This document shows, piece by piece, positions 55,699 to 64,000 of a DNA stretch of 64,000 bases. Every line of letters begins with the position of its first letter. Position 1 is the first letter of the stretch. The stretch is from Candidatus Stammera capleta. GTDB lineage: Bacteria > Pseudomonadota > Gammaproteobacteria > Enterobacterales > Enterobacteriaceae. The translations under genes and the position numbers were made by a program. The notes beneath the pieces were generated by a model that worked only from the letters and a program-made list of their open reading frames with translations, was not told the DNA's origin and did not search any database. The stretch is taken from contig CP062308.1 of assembly GCA_015134075.1 (NCBI GenBank), positions 13,439-77,438 of the forward strand, in the 5' to 3' direction.

Positions 55699-56028
55699 AT
55701 GTATGCAATAATTAGAATAGGATCTAAACAATATAAAATAAGAGAAAAAAGTAAAATAATTATAGATAAAATAAATAAAAAAATAGGAAAACAAATAAAA
55801 TTTAAATATAAAGAAATTATTTTAATATATAAAAATAACAAAATATATTTTTTAAAAAAAGATTTAATAAATTTTAAAATAACAGCAAAAATTATATCAC
55901 ATATAAAAAATAAAAAAATAAAAATATTAAAATTTAAAAGAAGAAAACATCATAAAAAAAAAATAGGTCATAGACAAAAATATACTAAAATAGAAATAAA
56001 AAAAATAGGAAAAAAAAATGGCACATAA
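55699..56028 (+). CDS. rplU: 50S ribosomal protein L21
   Basis: [18 protein letters not shown]..; overlaps the rpmA start by 11 nt. Confidence 0.9.
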   Translation: MYAIIRIGSKQYKIREKSKIIIDKINKKIGKQIKFKYKEIILIYKNNKIYFLKKDLINFKITAKIISHIKNKKIKILKFKRRKHHKKKIGHRQKYTKIEIKKIGKKNGT

Positions 56029-56284
56029 AAAAGCTGGTGGAGCAACTAGAAATGGTAGAGATTCACATTCAAAAAGATTAGGAATAAAACATTTTGGAGG
56101 AGAATACATAAAATCAGGCAGTATAATTATAAAACAAAGAGGAACAAAATTTCATGCTGGATATAATGTAAAATGTGGAAAAGATCATACATTATATGCA
56201 ATAAAACCAGGAATTATTTTTTTCTCCAAAAAAGGAAAAAATAAAAAAAAATTTATAAATATAAAATATAATAAAATAAAATAA
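56018..56284 (+). CDS. rpmA: 50S ribosomal protein L27
   Basis: [29 protein letters not shown].. Confidence 0.96.
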   Translation: MAHKKAGGATRNGRDSHSKRLGIKHFGGEYIKSGSIIIKQRGTKFHAGYNVKCGKDHTLYAIKPGIIFFSKKGKNKKKFINIKYNKIK

Positions 56285-56294
56285 AAGGAATAAA

Positions 56295-56768
56295 ATGAAA
56301 AAAATAATAATGACAATAGAAGGAAAAAAAAAACTAGAAAAAAAATTAAAAATATTAAAAGAAAAAAAAAGACCAAAAATAATAAAATCAATATCAAAAG
56401 CAATAGAATTTGGAGATCTAAAAGAAAATTCTGAATATCATTCAGCTAAAGAAGAACAAATTATATGTGAAAAAAAAATAAAAGAAATAGAAGAAAAACT
56501 AATAAATGCATATGTTATAAATACAAATAAAATAAAAAACTATGATAAAATCATTTTTGGAGTAAAAATAAAATTAATAAATTTAAATAACAAAAAAAAA
56601 ATAACTTATAAAATAGTAGGTGAAGATGAATCAAATATAAAAAAAAAACTAATATCAATTAATTCTCCATTAATAAAAAAATTAATAGGAAAAAAAAAAA
56701 AAGACATAATTACTATTAATACACAAAAAGGAAAAATAAAATATAAAGTAATAGATATATATAAATAA
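56295..56768 (+). CDS. greA: transcription elongation factor GreA
   Basis: ..AIEFGDLKENSEYHSAKEEQ.. in the coiled-coil finger, then an FKBP-like C-terminal domain; 157 aa. Confidence 0.9.
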   Translation: MKKIIMTIEGKKKLEKKLKILKEKKRPKIIKSISKAIEFGDLKENSEYHSAKEEQIICEKKIKEIEEKLINAYVINTNKIKNYDKIIFGVKIKLINLNNKKKITYKIVGEDESNIKKKLISINSPLIKKLIGKKKKDIITINTQKGKIKYKVIDIYK

Positions 56769-56788
56769 ATTTTTAAAAATTTTTATAA

Positions 56789-57406
56789 ATGAAAAAAAAA
56801 AAATGAATAAAATTAAATTTAAAAAATAAATTTACAATATTAACTAAAAAAAAAAAGTTAAGATCAAGATCTTGATTTAAAATATATGAAATACAAAAAA
56901 AAATAAAATTAATTAAAAAAAATGATAATGTTATTGATTTAGGATCATCTCCAGGTAGTTGATCAAAATTTATAAGAAAAAAAATAGGAATAAATGGCAA
57001 AATATTTAGTTGCGATATAATTACAATGAAAAAAATTAAAAATGTAATTTTTATAAAAGGAGATATTTGTAAAAAAAAAACAAAAAAAAAAATAATAAAT
57101 ATTACAAAAAATGATAAAATTAACCTAATTACTTCAGATATATCACCAAATATCTCAGGAATAAAAGAAATAGATTATCCTAAATTCAAAAATATAATTA
57201 ATCATATTATAAATCTATGTAAAAAAAAATTAATTAATAAAGGAAATTTATTAATAAAAATATTTTTAGGAAAAAATTTTTCATACATATTAAAAAAAAT
57301 AAAAAATATGTTTAAACATATAAAAATTTATAAACCGCAATCTTCTTATACTTTTTCAAAAGAAACATATATAATTGCTTTAAATTATAATAAAATTAAT
57401 TATTAA
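56789..57406 (+). CDS. rlmE: 23S rRNA U2552 2'-O-methyltransferase
   Basis: Track fragment 57026..57406 is extended upstream in frame: MKKKKW IKLNLKNKF..LRSRSW FKIYEIQKK..VIDLGSSPGSW SKF.. (E. coli ..LRSRAWFKLDEIQ..VVDLGAAPGGWSQY). Confidence 0.9.
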
Positions 57407-57417
57407 AATTAAATTAT

Positions 57418-59202
57418 ATGATAAAAAATTTATTTTTTTGACTAATAATAACTCTTATAACTACATCTATATTTCAAAATATAATACAAAAAAACAATTA
57501 CACAAAAATAAGTTATTCTACATTTTTATCAGATATAAAAAAAAATAAAATAAAAGAAATTCAAATAAATGGTAAAAAAATAAATGTAACAAAAAAAAAT
57601 AAAAAACAATATATAACATATTTACCAATAAACGATCCATATTTATTAAAAAATATAATAAATAAAAAAATACAATTATCAAGCGTACCAATAGAAGAAC
57701 CTAATTTTATAATATCATTATTAATATCATGATCTCCTATAATAATAATAACACTATTATGAATATTTTTTATTAAACAAATATATAATAATAGTAAAGG
57801 AGTGTTTTTTTTTGGAAGAAGTAAAGCTAAAATGTTAGGAAAAAATAATATTAAAATAACATTTAAAGATGTTGCAGGATGTGATGAAGCAAAAGAAGAA
57901 GTAAAAGAATTAATAGATTATTTAAAAAAACCAAATAAATTCAAAAAACTTGGTGGAAAAATTCCAAAAGGAATTCTAATGATAGGTCCGCCAGGAACAG
58001 GAAAAACATTATTAGCTAAAGCAATAGCTGGAGAAGCGAAAGTTCCATTTTATAGCATATCTGGATCAGATTTTATAGAAATGTTTGTAGGAGTTGGAGC
58101 ATCAAGAGTAAGAGATATGTTTAATCAAGCTAAAAAAAATTCTCCATGCATTATATTTATAGATGAAATAGACTCAATAGGAAGACAAAGAGGAATAAAT
58201 TTTACAAGTGGACATGATGAAAGAGAACAAACATTAAATCAAATGTTAGTAGAAATGGATGGATTTGATAGCAATAAAGGAATAATAATAATAGCCGCTA
58301 CTAATAGACCAGATATACTTGATCCAGCATTAATGAGACCAGGAAGATTTGATAGAAGAGTAATGATAGATTTTCCAGATATTAAAGGAAGAGAACAAAT
58401 ACTAAAAATACATACAAAAAATATACCTTTAAATAAAGATGTAAATATAAATATAATATCAAAAAGCACTCCAGGATTCTCAGGAGCTGATTTAGCAAAT
58501 TTAACAAATGAAGCTGCATTATTTGCAGCAAAATATAATAATAAAAATGTTTCAATGAAAGATTTTGAAAAAGCTAAAGATAAAATAATAATGGGTGCAG
58601 AAAGAAAATCATTAATAATGACAAAACATCAAAAAGAATTATCTGCTTATCATGAAGCAGGTCATACAATAGTTAGTGAATTAGTTCCTAATCATGATCC
58701 AGTACATAAAGTAACAATAATACCAAGAGGTAAATCTTTAGGATCTACATTTTTTTTACCTGAAAATGATGATTTAAACATAAATTTAGAAAAATTAAAT
58801 AGTAAAATATCAACATTATATGGTGGAAGATTAGCAGAAGAAATAATATATGGAAAAAAAAATATATCTATAGGATCTAGTAACGATATAAAAATGGCTA
58901 CTATAATAGCAAAAAATATGGTTACAAAATGAGGATTTTCTGAAAAAATAGGACCTTTATTATATGACGATGATGAAAATTTTACAAATGAAAAATATTT
59001 AGAAAAACAAAAATTATCAAATTATATAGGAAAAATAATAGATAAAGAAATAAAAAAAATTATAGATAAAAACTATATAAGAGCAAAAAAAATTCTTTTA
59101 AAAAATATAGATTTATTACATGAAATAAAAAATAAATTAATAAAATATGAAACTTTAAATAATGAACAAATTAAAAAAATAATGATGAAAAAATATAAAT
59201 AA
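57418..59202 (+). CDS. ftsH: ATP-dependent zinc metalloprotease FtsH
   Basis: N-terminal TM region (with TGA codons), Walker [12 protein letters not shown] and HEAGH. The C-terminal part after TGA 58930-58932 (..[14 protein letters not shown]..) runs to TAA 59200-59202. Confidence 0.96.
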
Positions 59203-59252
59203 ATATATAATTATAATAACAAATAATATAATATTAATTATTAAGGAAAAAT

Positions 59253-59591
59253 ATGTATTTATTCTTTTCGATATTATTTGTATTAATATGTATATCATTA
59301 ATAATTTTAGTAATATTAACTCCTAGTAAAAATAATATTATAAATACATATACAGATACAACAAATACAAATAATATAGTAATTACACAAAATTTTTTAA
59401 AAAACACATTAAATTATATAATTACAATTTTTGCAATAACATTTTATACTATAGCTATAGTATTGAATATATTAAATAATACAATAAAATATAAAAACTA
59501 TTATATTGAAAAAAAACAACAAAAAATTAAAATAAATAATAATAATAAAAGCCGGGATGGTGAAACTGGTAAACACGCTACTTTGAGGTAG
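59253..59591 (+). CDS. secG: preprotein translocase subunit SecG (frame runs into tRNA-Leu)
   Basis: N terminus MYLFFSILFVLICISLIILVIL.. resembles E. coli SecG MYEALLVVFLIVAIGLVGLIML.. There is a second hydrophobic segment. It lies directly upstream of tRNA-Leu(GAG), as secG-leuU does in E. coli. The first in-frame stop is TAG 59589-59591, inside the tRNA gene. Confidence 0.68.
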   Translation: MYLFFSILFVLICISLIILVILTPSKNNIINTYTDTTNTNNIVITQNFLKNTLNYIITIFAITFYTIAIVLNILNNTIKYKNYYIEKKQQKIKINNNNKSRDGETGKHATLR

Positions 59592-59625
59592 TAGTAATAT
59601 ACGGGTTCGAATCCCGTTCCCGGTA
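59551..59625 (+). tRNA. tRNA-Leu-like (anticodon GAG at 59585-59587) with a short variable region
   Basis: GCCGGGA TG GTG AAACTGGTAAA CAC G CTACT TTGAGGT AGTAG TAATAT ACGGG TTCGAAT CCCGT TCCCGGT A. It aligns with E. coli leuU except that the roughly 15-nt variable arm is replaced by about 6 nt. Discriminator A73. Confidence 0.8.
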
Positions 59626-59765
59626 TTTCTCAATTTAAAATTTTATATTTTAAAATTAAATAATATAATATTTTAATGAACAAATTTAAATATAAAAAAT
59701 CAATATTTTAAAATAAAATAAATATATTTAAATTTATTAAATAATTTAAATTGAGGCATGCTAGG

Positions 59766-60815
59766 ATGAACAAAGAAATTTTAGCAGTTGCAGAATCTGT
59801 ATCTAATGAAAAATCTATACCTAAAGAAACTATATTTAAACTATTAGAAATTTCATTAACATCAGCTATAAAAAAAAAATATAAAAAAAAAATTGATATT
59901 ATAATAAAAATAAATAGAAATAATGGAGAATTTAATACATATAAAAGATTAATAGTAGTTAAAAAAGTAACAAATCCAAAAAAACAAATAAATATAAAAA
60001 AAGCTATTAACAAAAATAAAAATATAAAAATAGGAGATTATATAGAAAATAAAATAAAAAAAATATATTTTGATAGAATAACTACACAAACAGCAAAAAA
60101 AATAATAATTAAAAAAATAATAGAAGAAAAAAAAAATATAAATATAAAAAAAATAAAAAAAAAAAAATGACAAATAATAACTGGATTTATAAAAAAAATA
60201 TATAAAAACTATATATTAATAGATATAGGATATAATACAGAAGCAAAAATATTAAAAAAAGATATGATTAAAAAAGAAAAATTTAAAATTGGAAAAAAAA
60301 TAAAAAGTATAATATATGATATAAAAAAAAAAAATAATAATTATGAAATTTTATTAAGTAGATCAAAAAAAATAATGTTAATAGAATTATTAAAAATAGA
60401 AATACCAGAAATAAAAAAAAAAATAATTAAAATAAAAGCAATATCTAGAAATCCAGGTTTTAGATCAAAAATAGCAGTAAAAAGTAATGATAAAAAAATA
60501 GATCCAATAGGATCTTGCGTAGGAATAAAAGGATCAAGAATAAAATGAATATCACATGAATTATCAGGAGAAAAAATAGATATAATTTTATGAAATAAAA
60601 ATATAAAAAAATTTATAAAAAATATAATTTCACCAGCAAAAATAAATAATATATTTATAAATAAAAAAAAAAAAATTATTAATATAAATGTAGAAATATC
60701 AAAATTAGCACAAATAATAGGAAAAAATGGACAAAATATAAAATTATCATCTAAATTAATAGGATGAGATATAAATATATTAAATAACAAACAATATAAA
60801 AAAAATAAAAATTAA
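59766..60815 (+). CDS. nusA: transcription termination/antitermination factor NusA (no AR1/AR2 tail)
   Basis: The start is taken at MNKEILAVAESVSNEKSIPKE (E. coli MNKEILAVVEAVSNEKALPRE). Fragments are joined through TGA. S1, KH1 and KH2 blocks are present (..IDPIGSCVGIKGSRIKW IS.., ..IIGKNGQNIKLSSKLIGW DI..). 349 aa. Confidence 0.93.
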
Positions 60816-60819
60816 ATAT

Positions 60820-62619
60820 ATGCAAAAAAAAAATATAAAAAACAAAAAATATAAAAAAAATAAATTTATAAATATAAAAAAAAAACAAAAAACAAATAAA
60901 AATAAAATAAAAAATAAAAAATATATATATAATAAAAAAATAAAAAATATAAAAAAAAAAAATAAAAATAAAAAAAAAAAAATAACAAAAAAAAATAAAA
61001 CAATAAAAAAAAAAAAAATAATAAAAAAAAATAAAATTAATGAAATAAAAAATAATATAGAACATTTAGAATTAAAAAAAAAAAATATACTAAAAAAAAT
61101 AAAAAATAAAAAAAAAATAATATATAAAAGACCACCAATAATAACAATAATGGGTCATGTTAATCATGGAAAAACTTCATTAATAGAAATTATAAAAAAA
61201 ATTAATTTAAAAAAAAATGAAAAAGGAAATATTACACAATATATAAAAGGATATTATATAAAAAATAAAAATATAGAAATGACTATATTAGATACTCCAG
61301 GCCATGAAATCTTTTTTAAAATGAGAAAAAGAAGTATAAATATAACAGATATAATATTATTAATAATATCTATAGATGATGGAATTAAACCCCAAACTAA
61401 AGAAATAATAAAATATATAAAAAAAAATAAAATACCAGTAATTATAATAATAAATAAAATAGATAAAAAAAACTATTTAAATAATATAAAAAAAATAAAA
61501 GAATATATATATAAAAAAAAACTCGTAAATGAAAAAATAAATAATATAATTGAAATATCAATAAAAAAAAAAATAAATATAGATAAACTAATAAAAAAAA
61601 TAAAAAAAATATCAAAATATTTAAAATTAAATACAAATATAAATAAACCATCCGAAGGAATAATATTAGAATCTAAAATAAACAAAAAAAAAGGAATAAT
61701 TATAAATGTAATAATAAAAAATGGTAAAATGAAAAAAGGAGATATAATTATATGTAAAAATATAATAGGAAAAGTTAAATCAATTTATAATGATAATAAA
61801 AAAGAAATAAAATATGCATTACCTTCTATGCCAATAGAAATATTAGGTTTTAAAAAAGTAATATCACCTGGAAATAAAATAATTTCAATAAACAACTTTA
61901 AAATAGCCAAAAAAATAATAGAAATAAAAAATAAACAATATTCTATAATAAAAAAAAATAAAAAATATAAAAAAAAAGAAATATTTTCATTTGAAAATAA
62001 AAATAATAAAAAAAATATAATAATAAAAACAGATGTGTATGGATCAATAGATGCAATAAAATCATGAATAAAAAAAAAAACATTTAATAATATAAATATA
62101 ATTTATTATAATATTGGAAATATAAATGAAACAGATTTAATGCTAGCTAAAACTAGTAAATCAATAATATTATCCTTTAATGTAAATATAAATAATTTAG
62201 CAAAAAAAAAAAATATAAAATTAAATATAAAAATTTATTATTTTGAAATAATATATAAACTTTTTGATAAATTAAAAAAAATAAATAAAATTAAAACAAA
62301 TGAAAAAAAAATACATAAAATAATAGGAAAAGCAATAATAAAAAATATATTTAATTTAAAAAAAAATAATTATATAATTGGATGTAAAGTAATAAGTGGA
62401 ATAATAAAAAAAAAAAATTATATACAAATAATTAGAAATAATGAAATTATTTATTATGGAAAAATAAAATCATTAAAAAAATATAAAAAAGACATTGAAG
62501 AAACTAAAAAAAATACTGAATGTGGAATTAAAATAAAAACTAATAAATATATAAAAATAAAAGATATTTTACAATGTATTGAAAATATAAAAAAAAATGA
62601 AGAAAATTATAAAATATAA
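60820..62619 (+). CDS. infB: translation initiation factor IF-2
   Basis: Track fragments 60820..62067 and 62140..62619 are in the same frame, joined through TGA. The G domain RPPIITIMGHVNHGKTSL.., DTPGHE and NKID follows a Lys-rich N-terminal segment of about 105 aa. Confidence 0.93.
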
Positions 62620-62956
62620 TAAAACTTCAAAAGAAATACAAAAAAAAATAACAGAAATAATTTATAAAAATTTTAATTATATAAATAATAAAAATAATTT
62701 ATTATCTATAAATAATATAAAAATTTCTAAAAATCTTAAATATATATATATATATATATATATAATAAATTTAAAAAAAAAAAAAAAAATAAAAAATATA
62801 ATTAATTTCTTTGAAAAAAAAAAAATATATATAAAAAATATTTTAAAAAAAACAATAAATTTTAAATTTATATCAAATATATATTTTAAATTTGATAATT
62901 TTATAGAAAAAGAAAAAAAAATAGATTATTTAATTAAAAAAGCTAATAATAAATAA
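62597..62956 (+). CDS. rbfA: ribosome-binding factor A
   Basis: Position after infB. N terminus ..SKEIQKKITEIIYKNF.. against E. coli ..AQEMQKEIALILQREI; 119 aa. Overlaps the infB end by 23 nt. Confidence 0.68.
   Translation: MKKIIKYNKTSKEIQKKITEIIYKNFNYINNKNNLLSINNIKISKNLKYIYIYIYIINLKKKKKIKNIINFFEKKKIYIKNILKKTINFKFISNIYFKFDNFIEKEKKIDYLIKKANNK
62741..62764. repeat. (TA)12 dinucleotide microsatellite inside rbfA
   Basis: A tatatata... run read directly from the sequence; it encodes YIYIYIYI. Confidence 0.9.
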
Positions 62957-63043
62957 ACTAAAATTAAATAAAATAATTTAAAATATTAAATATATTAAAA
63001 ACTTTAAAAATATCTAACAACACAAAAAGGAAAAAAAAAAAAA

Positions 63044-63736
63044 ATGAAAAAAATAGTTTTAATAAGACATGGTGAAAGTGTATGAAATAAAGAAAATATA
63101 TTTACTGGATGAACAGATGTAAAACTTTCATCTAAAGGAATAAATGAAGCAAAAAAAGCAGGAAAAATATTAAAAAAACATAATTTTGATTTTGATTATG
63201 CTTATACATCTTATTTAAAAAGAGCTATACATACATTATGAGAGGTACTATATAAATTAGATTTACTTTGAATAAAAATAAAAAAAACATGAAAATTAAA
63301 TGAAAGACATTATGGATCATTACAAGGATATAATAAAGAAAAAACTTCAAAAATATATGGAGAAAAAAAAGTATTTTTATGAAGAAGAAGTTATAAAATT
63401 TCTCCTCCAAAAATAAAAAAAAATGATAAAAGATATCCAGGTAAAGAAAAAAAATATTCTAATTTAACATCACACGAAATACCATTAGGAGAAAGTTTAT
63501 TAGATACATTTAATAGAGTAATTCCATATTGAAAAAATGAAATATTTAAAAAAATAAAAAATAACAAATCAATAATAATTGTTGCTCATGGTAATTCATT
63601 AAGAGCGCTAATAAAATATCTAGATAAAATATCAGATGATAAAATTTGTGATATAAACATTCCAACAGGAATACCATTGATATATGAATTTAAAAAAAAT
63701 TTTAAAATAAAAAAAAAATATTATTTAAATATTTAA
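63044..63736 (+). CDS. gpmA: 2,3-bisphosphoglycerate-dependent phosphoglycerate mutase
   Basis: No track ORF. Hand translation gives [32 protein letters not shown].. (RHGESxWN catalytic motif) ..[27 protein letters not shown]..; 9 in-frame TGA. TAA stop at 63734-63736. Confidence 0.92.
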
Positions 63737-63782
63737 AAATTAATTATCTAATTATTTAATTATTTAATTATTTAATATTAAA

Positions 63783-63854
63783 TGGCCCCTATTGGATTCG
63801 AACCAACGACCAAGCGATTATGAGTCGCCTGCTCTACCTCTGAGCTAAAGGGCC
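63783..63854 (-). tRNA. tRNA with CAT anticodon, body resembling tRNA-Ile2 (lysidine type, ileX-like)
   Basis: The reverse complement reads GGCCCTTTAGCTCAGAGGTAGAGCAGGCGACTCATAATCGCTTGGTCGTTGGTTCGAATCCAATAGGGGCC+A. The anticodon arm GGCGA-CTCATAA-TCGCT and the acceptor resemble my memory of E. coli ileX more than elongator or initiator tRNA-Met. The amino-acid identity is not certain. Confidence 0.8.
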
Positions 63855-63914
63855 AATATTTAAAATATAACTTTATCAATAAAATAAATAATTTTCAAGT
63901 ATAATTTTAAACAA

Positions 63915-64000
63915 TTATTTTTTATATTTTAATACTTTAACCATAGCTGGACGTAATAATCTACTATTTAATATATATCCATCTTGTAATATATCTATAA
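63915..64000 (-). CDS. grpE: nucleotide exchange factor GrpE, 3' end only
   Basis: The minus-strand frame reads ..LQDGYILNSRLLRPAMVKVLKYKK* (TAA 63915-63917). The E. coli GrpE tail is ..[23 protein letters not shown]. The rest lies outside the window. Confidence 0.75.
   Translation of the reverse strand, partial: IDILQDGYILNSRLLRPAMVKVLKYKK

Noticed and set aside
59708-61685. Long Phe/Ile/Leu/Tyr-rich ORFs antisense to or out of frame with nusA/infB (59708..60013, 59949..60173, 60341..60790, 60751..61065, 61442..61651, 61473..61685).
   Set aside because: They are mirror images of Lys/Asn/Ile-rich coding DNA. They are low complexity, have no motifs, and are fully overlapped by well-supported genes.

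Overview
This 64-kb window comes from an extremely A+T-rich, very gene-dense, reduced bacterial chromosome of the obligate-endosymbiont type. By hand translation it holds 74 protein genes, one complete rRNA operon and 7 tRNA genes, almost all core housekeeping. The contents are:
- a 31-gene str-S10-spc-alpha ribosomal superoperon (rpsL to rplQ);
- dnaK/dnaJ/grpE, ileS, glyQS, glyA, pgi and gpmA;
- the rod/peptidoglycan machinery mrdA-rodA-dacA, mreBCD and alr;
- nusA-infB-rbfA, ftsH and others.

The key to reading the window is that TGA is a sense codon (Trp). The supplied ORF track uses the standard code, so it splits most genes into pieces and misses some entirely, for example ileS. Every break I checked is an in-frame TGA, usually at a Trp that is conserved in E. 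coli orthologues. No gene needed a frameshift or a TAA/TAG read-through. Coordinates below are my re-joined table-4-style models.

Gene order matches my memory of the E. coli (Enterobacterales) map in several blocks, with the intervening genes deleted. This suggests a gammaproteobacterial symbiont. The organism cannot be identified without a database search.

I found no mobile elements, CRISPR, defence, toxin or other accessory system, and I do not claim a new multi-gene system. The observations most worth a second look are:
- the codon reassignment and its side effects (former TGA stops now read through);
- two CDSs (secG, orn) that have no stop codon before a same-strand tRNA gene and run into it;
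- a tRNA-Leu(GAG) that has lost the long variable arm;
- an rrnC-like rRNA operon with a repeated boxA-like 16-mer and processing stems, but no tRNA-Trp in the expected distal slot;
- very long poly(A)/poly(T) tracts inside essential genes.

The RNA genes are the only G+C-rich islands.
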